Source: Thermoplasmata archaeon (lineage in GTDB: Archaea; Thermoplasmatota; Thermoplasmata; Lutacidiplasmatales; UBA184). From it: DNA of 64,000 bases. Shown in pieces: positions 31,604 through 40,666 of this stretch. How positions within the stretch are numbered: the first letter of the stretch is position 1; every line of letters begins with the position of its first letter. A model generated the notes under the pieces. That model was not told the DNA's origin, did no database searches, and saw only the letters and a list, made by a program, of their open reading frames with translations. Location: contig JAJYWS010000061.1 in the NCBI GenBank assembly GCA_021791335.1, forward strand, positions 22,924 to 86,923, given 5' to 3'. Position numbers and translations under genes: made by a program.

Positions 31604-31676
31604 GCCGCTGTAGCTCAGCTGGCAGAGCAGCTGATTCGTAATCAGCAGGCCGAGGGTTCAAGTCCCTCCAGCGGCT
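31604..31676 (+). tRNA. tRNA-Thr (anticodon CGU)
   Basis: Cloverleaf read directly: acceptor GCCGCTG/CAGCGGC, D-arm GCTC..GAGC, anticodon stem GCTGA/TCAGC with loop TTCGTAA, T-arm GAGGG TTCAAGT CCCTC. Confidence 0.9.
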
Positions 31677-31783
31677 TCGGCATCTCCGAAGGGCATCGGG
31701 GGGAGTGGCCCGCCGATCGTTCCCATCGCCGCCCCCCGGCTGTGGCATAACTATTCAAGCTAGGACGGTCGTCCCTCGCCTCG

Positions 31784-32623
31784 ATGTCCGACCGAATCTC
31801 CAAACCCCGGCCCCCGGCGCTCTACCGGGCGGCCCGGGCGATCCGTTGGGTTTCGGCGATCCTCCTGGTCCTGGTCCTCATCTTCGCGGGCGTGGCGACG
31901 TACTCGGGGGTGAAGTTCGCCCAAGGGGTCCAGCAGGGCGCCTCCCAGCAGATCGGGGGATTCTCGAGCCAGTTCACCTCCCATCAGACCCTCGAACTCT
32001 CGGCCCATTACCCGATCAACAACTCCGGCCTTCTGCCGGTGAACGGCCTCTCGATCGCCCTCGCGGTCCGGAACTCCTTCGGCGTCCTCCTGACCCAAGG
32101 GTCGACCCGCGGGGTCCAGATCGGATCCGGGGCCAGCACGGCGATCCCGTTCTCGCTGGCGGTCTCGGTCTCCAACTCCTCCCCCGCGATCTCGCTCTTG
32201 GTGACCGACCAGAGCCTGTCGATCTTCATCTGGGCGAATGTCACCTACGCCTACCTGTTCCCGGTCCAGCTGAGCTTCCAACAGTCGTACAGCTGGGGGG
32301 CGCCCTTCCATGGGCTCGCGACCACCTTTGGCAACCCCTTCATCCTCCCCAACGGTACGGTGGGGGTCAACAGCACGCTGAGCTTCTCCGACCACCTCAA
32401 CATGACCCTCCAGGGAGCCCTCTCGCTCCATTTGGTCTCCTCGGGAGGTTCGACCTGCGGACTCCTCAGCTATCCGATGGATCTCCACCAGGGGGTCAAC
32501 TTCCAGTCGACCCAGACCGCCTACCTGACGCCCGGCTGTAACCCCCTGGGGGGCACGGTCCGGGGGGTCTTCACCGGCCCGGACTACTCCTTTGCCCTGC
32601 CCAACCAGGTGATCCCCCAATGA
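31784..32623 (+). CDS. Hypothetical extracellular Ser/Thr-rich protein with N-terminal membrane anchor
   Basis: One N-terminal TM helix and a long S/T/G/N-rich domain with many N-glycosylation sequons. TATA-like CATAACTATT ~25 nt upstream. Confidence 0.55.
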   Translation: MSDRISKPRPPALYRAARAIRWVSAILLVLVLIFAGVATYSGVKFAQGVQQGASQQIGGFSSQFTSHQTLELSAHYPINNSGLLPVNGLSIALAVRNSFGVLLTQGSTRGVQIGSGASTAIPFSLAVSVSNSSPAISLLVTDQSLSIFIWANVTYAYLFPVQLSFQQSYSWGAPFHGLATTFGNPFILPNGTVGVNSTLSFSDHLNMTLQGALSLHLVSSGGSTCGLLSYPMDLHQGVNFQSTQTAYLTPGCNPLGGTVRGVFTGPDYSFALPNQVIPQ

Positions 32624-33108
32624 CCGACGCTGCCGCGGCTCCCGGGAGCCCTGGCCGCGCCCAGATTCCCTCCGTGCCCCGCCGGATCGCCGCCGGGGCC
32701 GGGGTCGCCATCGGGGTGGCCGTGGGGAGCGGCTACATCCCGTACTATCTGCTCACCCATCTCAAACCGTCGTCGGTCGGCTTCGCCGTTGCGGCCACCC
32801 TCCCGTTGCTCCTCGGCATCGCCATCGGCCTGCTCGAGGGGGCGGCGACCGCCCTCAAACCGACCCGGCTGTACGGCCCACTCTCGATACTCTCCGGTCT
32901 CGTGGGGATTGGCTACCTCTACGTGATCTTCCAGAACTCGACGATCCATGTGGCCGTGTCGGCGGGCGGTCTGACGATCGGGTTCGGTCTTCTCATCCTC
33001 CTGCTGATCCTCATCACCGGCCTCTCCCTGATCGCGGGCGTGGTGACCACCGCCGAGGATCTGGCCCACCCGGGCGAGCGGCTGCCGTTCGACTATCCGG
33101 CCCGATAG
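32620..33108 (+). CDS. Hypothetical polytopic membrane protein (4 TM)
   Basis: Four hydrophobic helices; ATG overlaps the upstream stop (ATGA). Confidence 0.5.
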   Translation: MTDAAAAPGSPGRAQIPSVPRRIAAGAGVAIGVAVGSGYIPYYLLTHLKPSSVGFAVAATLPLLLGIAIGLLEGAATALKPTRLYGPLSILSGLVGIGYLYVIFQNSTIHVAVSAGGLTIGFGLLILLLILITGLSLIAGVVTTAEDLAHPGERLPFDYPAR

Positions 33109-33130
33109 GCGGCCGGGACCCCCGTTCCGG

Positions 33131-34498
33131 TCACCACTGGTCGGGCCCGTCCGTGACGTGGATCACCTGCTCGAAGCCGAGGGCTTCGAGCCGCCCGGCG
33201 GCGACGGCGGACCGCTCCCCCCGGGCACAGTGGACGTAGATCGGGACCTCTCGGGGAAGGTCGCGGAGGCTCCGGGCCCCCAGCTCCCCGAGGGGAACCG
33301 AACGGGCTCCGGGAAGGTGGAGTCGTGCAAACTCGCTCGGCTGTCGGACGTCCAGCACGGTCATCGGCTGCCCGAGGCTGAGCCGCCGCCGCAAATCGGG
33401 CATCCGGGCCCGTCGGGTCGTTCGGAGGGGGGCCCCGGACGCCGCGTACGCGGGCCAGCCGCCGGCCAGCTGGCCGAGGATGCGGTCGAACCCGATCCGC
33501 TGCAGGGCCCGGCTCCCCTCGACCTGGTCGGCTTCGGAGCCCCCCACCAAGATGAACCGGTCGGAGGCCCGGCAGGTCCATCCCACCCAGGCCGTGTAGG
33601 TCCCCTCCCGGCCGATGTAGAGGCTGCCGGGGATGTGGCCGGCGTCGAACTGCCGGTAGGTCCGAAGATCGAGGACCCGGACGCTCGGGCGGGTCGCGGC
33701 GCGCGCGACCTCCTGGGGCGAGAGCCGTGCCGGGGGTTCGGGCGGATCACCGAGCGGCGGTGGCCCGCGGCGGTTGCGCTCCCTCATCCCGAGATAGTAG
33801 CTCGGGAACGGGTCCGAGGTCAGGTACCGTTCGACAAATGCGACGAATGACGGGGCGCGGATGAGACGGTTCTGCCGTCGCTCACGGCCGACGGTCGAGG
33901 CGGCTTGGGTGGACGCCCCGACCCCGCAGAAGCTCCCCCCGGCATGGGTCGGGTGGACCGCCACGCTCGCCGGGAGCTCCCGGACGTACCGCCGGAGGGT
34001 GGTCCATTCGTCCCGGGCCAAGGGAAGGGTATGCCGGGGACCGAGAAGGTCCGGCCGCGCGGCCGAGCCCACCATGAGGCTGCCGCCCGAGAAGAGTCGG
34101 CGGGGCCGCCCGTGCTCGTCCAGGCAAAGGTAGCTCGTGTGCTCGGGGGTGTGGCCCGGGCTGGCCCGTCCGACCAGCCGGCCCGGGCCGAGGTCGAGCC
34201 GATCGCCATCCGAGAGGGCGCGATGGGGAAACGCGAGCCGGGAGCCCTTCGGGGCCCCGAGTTCGGCCCCCGACCGGCGGGCGAGTTCCCGCCCGCCGGA
34301 GAGGAAGTCGTTGTGGAGGTGGGTCTCGAGAACCCACCGGATCCGGGCGCCGCGCCCCCGGGCCTCGGCGACGTACCGGCCGATGTCCCGGACCGGATCG
34401 ATCACGCCGGCCTCCCGGCCGTAGCCCACCAGGTACGAAGCGTTCCCGAGATCGGGGTGGCGGAAGGTCTTGAGCCACAGCCCGTTCGAACCCCGCAT
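33131..34498 (-). CDS. MBL-fold hydrolase fused to tandem rhodanese domains (persulfide dioxygenase-sulfurtransferase type)
   Basis: HLHNDF (HxHxDH) metallo-beta-lactamase motif followed by two rhodanese-like domains with active-site Cys loops. Confidence 0.8.
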   Translation of the reverse strand: MRGSNGLWLKTFRHPDLGNASYLVGYGREAGVIDPVRDIGRYVAEARGRGARIRWVLETHLHNDFLSGGRELARRSGAELGAPKGSRLAFPHRALSDGDRLDLGPGRLVGRASPGHTPEHTSYLCLDEHGRPRRLFSGGSLMVGSAARPDLLGPRHTLPLARDEWTTLRRYVRELPASVAVHPTHAGGSFCGVGASTQAASTVGRERRQNRLIRAPSFVAFVERYLTSDPFPSYYLGMRERNRRGPPPLGDPPEPPARLSPQEVARAATRPSVRVLDLRTYRQFDAGHIPGSLYIGREGTYTAWVGWTCRASDRFILVGGSEADQVEGSRALQRIGFDRILGQLAGGWPAYAASGAPLRTTRRARMPDLRRRLSLGQPMTVLDVRQPSEFARLHLPGARSVPLGELGARSLRDLPREVPIYVHCARGERSAVAAGRLEALGFEQVIHVTDGPDQW

Positions 34499-34610
34499 TC
34501 CGTGAACCCACCGGGGATGCGAGGCGACCTACATAGGGTCCGCGTGGGGGCCCCGGTTGGCCCCGACGCCCGGGAAGGCTCAAAAGGGCCGGGCTTCGTC
34601 GGCGGGGGCG

Positions 34611-36086
34611 ATGGACTACAAGTGGAAGGCCTTCTCGGTCACCTCCCTCGGGTCGCTGATGGCGGCGGTGGACAGCACCGTCGTGCTGCTGGCACTGTTC
34701 CCCATCGCCTCGGATCTGCGGACCGACTTCATCACGGTCGTCTGGGTCGTCCTGGCCTACCTGTTGGTCAGCACGACCTTCGGCATCACCTTGGGCCGGC
34801 TCGGGGATCTCTTCGGCCGCAAACAGATGTACCTGGCGGGGTTCGGGATCTTCACGATCGGGTCCCTGTTCTCGGGGCTCGCTCCGACCGGGATCTCGCT
34901 CGTGGGGTTCCGGGCGATCCAGGGATTCGGCGCGGCGCTGTTGATGGCCAACTCCTTTGCCATCATCTCCGAGGCGTTCCCCGCCCGGGAGCGCGGGCGG
35001 GCCTTCGGGGGCACCGCGGTGGTCTGGGGGTTCGGGAGCATCCTCGGCATCATCCTCGGGGGCGTCATCATCGCGTTCACGACCTGGCGGCTCATCTTCC
35101 TGATCAACCTCCCGATCGGACTCATCGGTACCCTCTGGGGCTACTGGACGCTCCGCTCGACCGAGGTACGCCGCACCGGAGCCCCGCGGCCCTACTTCGA
35201 CCTGGTGGGCGGACTGCTCTTCACGGCGGCGATCACCCTGCTCCTTGTCGCCGTCAGCTGGGGGCTCCTCTACGGGTGGAGCCAGGCTGCAACGCTCGGG
35301 ATGCTGGTGGGGGCGGCGATCCTCTTCCCCGTCTTCGCCCGGTGGGAGACCCGGTATGCCCTGGACCCGGTGATCCATGCCGAGTTCTTCCGAAACCGGG
35401 CGTTCACCTACGGGGTGGCGACCGCGTTCCTCCAGATGCTCGCCCTCTTCAGTGTCAACTTCCTGCTCCTCTTCTACCTCGAGGGGATCGCCGGCCTGTC
35501 GGTCTTGACCGCCTCCTACCTGATCCTGCCGGTGGCGGTGGGCACCGCCGTGGTCGGCCCCTTCGGGGGCATCCTTTCCGACCGCATCGGCCCCCGGATC
35601 GTCGCGACCGTGGGGCTCCTCCTTCAGGCCGGGGCGTTGCTGTTCCTGACCCGCCTCACAACCTCGACCCCGCTGCTCGACCTCGCCCTGGTCGAGGCCG
35701 TCTACGGAGTCGGCGGGGGGCTCTTCTGGCCGGCGAACACGGCGTCGATCATGTCCGAAACTCCGCCCACGAAATATGGGGTCGGATCCGGCATCATGAA
35801 CACCTTCCGCCAGACGGGCATGGTGATGAGCTTCGCGCTCTCCCTGACCGCGATCACCCTCGCCGTCCCCGCCGGGATCGCCTACGCGCTGTTCGTCGGG
35901 ACCATCAGCGGCCGGCTCTCCCCCCAGGATGCGGCCAGCTACCTGTCCGGGCAGAGCCTGGCCTTCACGGTCTCCCTCGGGCTTCTGGGGGTGGCGATCG
36001 TGCTCTCCCTGTTGCGCCGGCCGGGCCGGCGGGAATCTCCCCCGGGGGTCCGGGGACCTGAACCCGCGGCCGAACCGATCGGGTAG
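34611..36086 (+). CDS. MFS transporter, DHA2 (EmrB/QacA)-like, 14 TM
   Basis: The MAAVDSTVV motif near TM1 and 14 hydrophobic segments. Start is the internal ATG MDYKWKAF. Confidence 0.8.
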   Translation: MDYKWKAFSVTSLGSLMAAVDSTVVLLALFPIASDLRTDFITVVWVVLAYLLVSTTFGITLGRLGDLFGRKQMYLAGFGIFTIGSLFSGLAPTGISLVGFRAIQGFGAALLMANSFAIISEAFPARERGRAFGGTAVVWGFGSILGIILGGVIIAFTTWRLIFLINLPIGLIGTLWGYWTLRSTEVRRTGAPRPYFDLVGGLLFTAAITLLLVAVSWGLLYGWSQAATLGMLVGAAILFPVFARWETRYALDPVIHAEFFRNRAFTYGVATAFLQMLALFSVNFLLLFYLEGIAGLSVLTASYLILPVAVGTAVVGPFGGILSDRIGPRIVATVGLLLQAGALLFLTRLTTSTPLLDLALVEAVYGVGGGLFWPANTASIMSETPPTKYGVGSGIMNTFRQTGMVMSFALSLTAITLAVPAGIAYALFVGTISGRLSPQDAASYLSGQSLAFTVSLGLLGVAIVLSLLRRPGRRESPPGVRGPEPAAEPIG

Positions 36087-36092
36087 CTCGGG

Positions 36093-36563
36093 TTAGGCGC
36101 CCGCTACCGTGATCTCGACGATCCGGACCGGGCTCTTCGGTCGATCGTGGCTGTCCCGGGGCACGTTGGCGATCTTCTCGACCACCTCCTGGCCGGTGCG
36201 GACGCGGCCGAAGATCGCGTGCTTCTGGTCGAGCCAGGGCGTCTTCGCCAAGGTGATGAAGAATTGGCTTCCCCCCGTGTTGGGGCCGGCGTTGGCCATC
36301 GAAACCACCCCCGGCCCATCGTGCCGCAGCTCGGGGTGGAATTCGTCCCGGATCTCGTAGCCGGGCCCGCCGGTCCCGTCGCCCTTCGGACAGCCGGTCT
36401 GCACCATGAACCCCGGGATGACCCGGTGGAAGGTGAGGCCGTTGTAGAATCCCTTGCGGACGAGGGTCAGAAAGTTCTCGGTGGTCTTGGGGGCGCGGTC
36501 CCGGTAGAGCTCAATCTTCACGTCGCCTTGGGTCGTCCGGATGGTGGCCAGCGGGTTCGCCAT
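36093..36563 (-). CDS. ppiB: Peptidyl-prolyl cis-trans isomerase, cyclophilin type
   Basis: FHRVIPGFMVQTG...GGSQFFI cyclophilin signature. Confidence 0.9.
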   Translation of the reverse strand: MANPLATIRTTQGDVKIELYRDRAPKTTENFLTLVRKGFYNGLTFHRVIPGFMVQTGCPKGDGTGGPGYEIRDEFHPELRHDGPGVVSMANAGPNTGGSQFFITLAKTPWLDQKHAIFGRVRTGQEVVEKIANVPRDSHDRPKSPVRIVEITVAGA

Positions 36564-36611
36564 GCGGCGGCCAACCCCACCGGCCCCTTAGCGATGGCGG
36601 CCGGGGGCGGC

Positions 36612-37034
36612 TCAGTGAAAGTGTCGGCGGACCGCGACCAGATAGAGCAGGATCAGGATCTCGATCACCGGGGTGGTCAGGTCGCCGTAGGCGCTGCTGC
36701 CCCCCTTGACGAACGAGTAGATGCCGCTCGCCGCCTCGATGAGGAGGATGATCACGGCGAGGATGAGGGCCCACTGCCGCTGATGCCAGAGGCCGACCGC
36801 GAGGACGAGGGTGATGATCCCGAGCAGGAAGAGGATCGCGAAGCCGAGTGAGGCGCTCAGGCCAAAGAACTGGAACCCGGACAGGCCGACGGGTACGATC
36901 ACCGAGCCGATGACCAGGACCAGGCCCACCAAGCCCACCAGCAGCAGGATCACACCGAGCAGGGCCATAATCACGGCCAGGATCGTCACTCCAAGGGGTC
37001 GGTTCGCTCGACTGGGGGGTACGGTCGTCGCCAT
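36612..37034 (-). CDS. Hypothetical membrane protein (4 TM)
   Basis: Strongly hydrophobic 140-aa ORF. Confidence 0.5.
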   Translation of the reverse strand: MATTVPPSRANRPLGVTILAVIMALLGVILLLVGLVGLVLVIGSVIVPVGLSGFQFFGLSASLGFAILFLLGIITLVLAVGLWHQRQWALILAVIILLIEAASGIYSFVKGGSSAYGDLTTPVIEILILLYLVAVRRHFH

Positions 37035-37156
37035 GGATCGCTTGATCGGTGAGTGGGCCTTCTACTTCATGAACCTATGGGTCCATCCGCCGGGAACTCC
37101 GGGCGCACCCGGGAATGCCTCGCGGGTCGCGGTGGGGGGTCGGAGGGTCGTGTGCG

Positions 37157-37615
37157 GTGACGGTCGTCGTTCACTTTGACGGTGCTTGCGAGCCGGCGAG
37201 GGGCGGGGGCGTGGCGGCGTACGGGTTCACCGTCGAGGGTGGAGGCCACGATCGGGAAGAGTGCGGGCTGGCCGCGCCCCCCCATGCCCCCGAAGCCACC
37301 AACAATGTGGCCGAGTATGTCGCCGCGATCCGGGCGCTCGAGTTCCTCGCCCGCTCGGGCTACTCGGGCCCCCTGGAAGTCCGGGGCGACAGCCAGCTCG
37401 TCATCCGGCAGGCGACCGGGAAATACGCGGTTCGGGCCGCGCACCTCAAGCCCCTGTACGAGAGGCTGATGGAGCTGAGCCAAGGATTCCAGGAGGTTCG
37501 GTTCCGCTGGGTGCCTCGGGAGGAGAACCAGCGGGCCGATGCGTTGTCCAAGCAGGGGCTCTTCGCTCGTCGCACGGCTTCGGCCCGTCGGTTCAACGAG
37601 CGGGAGTCACCGTGA
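37157..37615 (+). CDS. rnhA: Ribonuclease HI (type 1 RNase H)
   Basis: VHFDGAC...TNNVAEYVAAIRALE...GDSQLV...ENQRADALSK carry the DEDD catalytic residues. Start is the GTG at 37157. Confidence 0.75.
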   Translation: MTVVVHFDGACEPARGGGVAAYGFTVEGGGHDREECGLAAPPHAPEATNNVAEYVAAIRALEFLARSGYSGPLEVRGDSQLVIRQATGKYAVRAAHLKPLYERLMELSQGFQEVRFRWVPREENQRADALSKQGLFARRTASARRFNERESP

Positions 37616-38095
37616 TCGGGCCGGCTCGGCCTTCCGTGACCCCCGATGGTGCGTTGGTGGGCGCCGGTAGCCCCTTCGGCTCGATGGGCCGGGAGTTATG
37701 GCGCAGGGCGCATGGACGTACCGGCGAACGGAGCCCACAACCGCCCGACTTACGTGGGCGTTCTCGGCGGCGGTCCAACCCCGGCTCACGATGAGGCCGG
37801 GTCGGCTCGTGGTGCCGCGCCGACGCTGGCCGAAGCGTTGGGGCCGCCGGAGGCGTGGATGGCGGCGTCGCGCCGCCTCGCGCTCACCGTCTATGGGACC
37901 CGGAAGATGGGGCGAATCTGCGGGCGCAAGCCAGCGCAGCTGGCCCGACGAGCGACGAAACGTAGGACTTCCCTTCCCGAGATGATCTGCTCGACCCGCC
38001 CTCCGGGCCACGGCGATGCCCGGCCGGCGCCCACGACCCCGATGCCGAACCTCCTCACCCCACGGGAGTCGTCGGGGAACTCCCCGGGGGGAGAG

Positions 38096-38296
38096 CTAGT
38101 GCCAGCGGATGGTGTAGACGAAGTTTCGGCCCTCGGTGGCAGCCCGCACCCGGGCCGTATCGATCTCAATCGCGAAGGTCGCGGCCGCCTCGAGGCTGAG
38201 TCGGGGGTGCAGTCCCACGCCCTGGGGGGTCGCTTTACCGATCGAGACGAAACCGCGGGGGGGAGTGGGGGCTCCCGTCAGGGGGGTTACGGTCAT
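38096..38296 (-). CDS. Hypothetical small protein
   Basis: 66-aa ORF with coding-like bias, divergent from the M2 peptidase; no domain recognised. Confidence 0.3.
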   Translation of the reverse strand: MTVTPLTGAPTPPRGFVSIGKATPQGVGLHPRLSLEAAATFAIEIDTARVRAATEGRNFVYTIRWH

Positions 38297-38353
38297 GGGG
38301 CGGACGGAACTGGGCCTCCCGAAAGGGTAGCGGGGGCGGTCCTACTTAAACAA

Positions 38354-40168
38354 ATGTCCCCTCTGGAACTCCGAAGTTGGGCCGGCGGCCCGACGGCCAG
38401 CGGTAATAGGGAGAGTCGGCCTGCACGGACCATGCCAGCCACCGGTGGAAACGGGAGTCGTGGGAGTGAGGCGGCGGAGGGATTCCTGCGGGAGGCCGAG
38501 GCCCGGCTCCTCGATCTGTCGGTCGAGAGCCAGCGCGCCGAGTGGGTACACGCCACCTACCTGTCCCTGGACACCGCCGATCTGGCGGCTCGAGCCTTTG
38601 CCCGTCGGGTACGGGCGAGTGTCGAGATGGCCCGGAACTGGACTCGATTTGACTCCGCGGACCTGCCGGCCGACCTGCGCCGCAAGGGCCTCCTCCTGAG
38701 GCTCTCGCAGTCGCTGGTGGCGCCTTCCGGGCCGGGGGAGTCCGAAGAACTGGCGCATCGCGTGGCCGCGATGGAGGGGCGGTACGCCACCTTCCGGGTC
38801 GTCCTTCCCGGTCGGAAGGAGCCGACCGACCTCGAAGGGCTCTCCCGGATCCTGGCGGAGAGCGACGACCCCGCGCTGATGGAGGCGGCGTGGAACGGCT
38901 GGCACGAGGTCGGACGGCCGATGCGGGCCGACTTCCTCCGGTATGTGGACTTGGCCAACCGCGGGGCCCGGGAGCTCGGGTTCGCCGATACCGGGGAGAT
39001 GTGGCGGTCCCGCTACGATATGCCGCCCGACCAACTCACGGCCGAGGTCGAGCGGCTTTGGGAGCAGGTGGCCCCGCTCTACCGGGATCTCCACCGCTGG
39101 GTCCGGCAGCGGCTCATGGAGCGCTACCCCGAGCTCGTTTCGGACGGGGGCCCGATACCCGCCCACCTGCTCGGCAACATGTGGGCGCAGTCCTGGGAGT
39201 CGCTCAGCACCGGGATCACCCCGACCGGGATTTCGGGGGGGCCGGCGCTGACCGATGTCCTGCGGGCCCGCATCTCCGATCCCCGGGAGATGGTCCGCTA
39301 TGCGGAGCGGTTCTTCACGTCGATCGGCTTCGAACCGTTGCCCGCCAGCTTCTGGGAGCGCTCGATGTTTTCCCGTCCGAAAGACCGGGAGGTGGTCTGC
39401 CATGCCAGCGCCTGGGACCTGGACTTCGACCAGGATGTCCGCATCAAGATGTGCATCGAAACCACCGGGGAGGAGTTCCAGGTCATCCACCACGAACTCG
39501 GACACACCTACTATCAACTCGCCTGCCGACGGCAGCCGTTTCTCTTCCGGGACAGCGCCCACGACGGCTTCCATGAGGCGCTCGGGGATCTGATCGGGCT
39601 CAGCGTGACCCCGGCCTACCTCGCCCGGATCGGACTCGCCGGAGCCGATCCCGCCCCGGCCTCCCCCGTCGGGGGGCTGCTCCGGATCGCCCTCGACAAG
39701 GTACCGTTCCTTCCGTTCAGCGTGGCCGTCGATCGGTGGCGATGGGAGGTCTTCTCGGGCCGAGTCGGCCCCGACCAGCTCAACCGGAGATGGTGGGAGC
39801 TCCGCGAGGAGCTGCAGGGCATCGCCCCGCCCAGTCGCCGGGATCCCGACACCTTCGATGCGGGGGCGAAGTACCACATTCCGGCGAGCGTGCCGTACCT
39901 GCGCTACTTCCTCGCCTACATCCTCCAGTTCCAGATGCACCGCGCACTCGCCCGGGCCTCCGGGTGGGACGGGGCGCTCCACGAGTTCACGATCTACGGC
40001 AACCGCGAGGCCGGCGCCCGCCTCCGGACGATGATGGAGATGGGGCAGAGCCGTCCGTGGCCGGAGGCGCTGGAATCGGTCACCGGCGAACGCCGGATGG
40101 ATGCGAGCGGACTCCTCGAGTACTTCCGTCCGCTCCGCGACTGGCTGAACCGGGAGCAGCGCCGTTAG
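38354..40168 (+). CDS. Peptidase family M2 (angiotensin-converting-enzyme-like peptidyl-dipeptidase)
   Basis: VIHHELGHTYY (HEXXH) plus GFHEALGDLIGLSV closely match the ACE zinc-binding motifs HHEMGH...HEAIGD. The ~600-aa domain length is right. Start codon uncertain (ATG 38354 or 38432). Confidence 0.8.
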   Translation: MSPLELRSWAGGPTASGNRESRPARTMPATGGNGSRGSEAAEGFLREAEARLLDLSVESQRAEWVHATYLSLDTADLAARAFARRVRASVEMARNWTRFDSADLPADLRRKGLLLRLSQSLVAPSGPGESEELAHRVAAMEGRYATFRVVLPGRKEPTDLEGLSRILAESDDPALMEAAWNGWHEVGRPMRADFLRYVDLANRGARELGFADTGEMWRSRYDMPPDQLTAEVERLWEQVAPLYRDLHRWVRQRLMERYPELVSDGGPIPAHLLGNMWAQSWESLSTGITPTGISGGPALTDVLRARISDPREMVRYAERFFTSIGFEPLPASFWERSMFSRPKDREVVCHASAWDLDFDQDVRIKMCIETTGEEFQVIHHELGHTYYQLACRRQPFLFRDSAHDGFHEALGDLIGLSVTPAYLARIGLAGADPAPASPVGGLLRIALDKVPFLPFSVAVDRWRWEVFSGRVGPDQLNRRWWELREELQGIAPPSRRDPDTFDAGAKYHIPASVPYLRYFLAYILQFQMHRALARASGWDGALHEFTIYGNREAGARLRTMMEMGQSRPWPEALESVTGERRMDASGLLEYFRPLRDWLNREQRR

Positions 40169-40623
40169 CGCCCCACCGGGCCGGCGCGGGCGTCCGATCG
40201 GCCCGCCGCGTGGGTGGCCCCGGCCAGGATGAGGTCGAGCGCGACCAAGGCGGTCAGGAACCCGTACTGGACCGGCGCGAGGGAAGTGGAGAGAACGCCG
40301 GCCGCGAACAGGCTGCCGAGGCTGGCCATGCCGATGAGGACCCCCAAGGCGGCGGCCGCCCAGAGCGCCAACCGTGGCGCCGTGGCCCGGAGGGCCAAGG
40401 CCAGGACGAGCGAGACCAAGGCGAGCAGGAGCAGCAGGCCGGCCCCGACCACATGAATCCCGGCCACAACTCCTGAGGGGGTGAAGAGGCAGCCCGGGTA
40501 GGCGGTGCAGGCGGAGGCCGCGGGTCCTCCGGCGCCGACCACCCACCCGACGAGGACCGCCAGGACCGCGCTGACGATCGCGGTCGCCTCGAGCAGGCCG
40601 ATCCACCAACCCGGATGCCTCAC
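40165..40623 (-). CDS. Hypothetical membrane protein (4 TM)
   Basis: Four hydrophobic helices. Confidence 0.5.
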   Translation of the reverse strand: MRHPGWWIGLLEATAIVSAVLAVLVGWVVGAGGPAASACTAYPGCLFTPSGVVAGIHVVGAGLLLLLALVSLVLALALRATAPRLALWAAAALGVLIGMASLGSLFAAGVLSTSLAPVQYGFLTALVALDLILAGATHAAGRSDARAGPVGR

Positions 40624-40666
40624 CGCCCGGGAACCCCGCGCCCCGCCTTACGGTTGCCGTGCGTAC

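Noticed and set aside
31557-31748. 63-aa minus ORF
   Set aside because: Overlaps tRNA-Thr.
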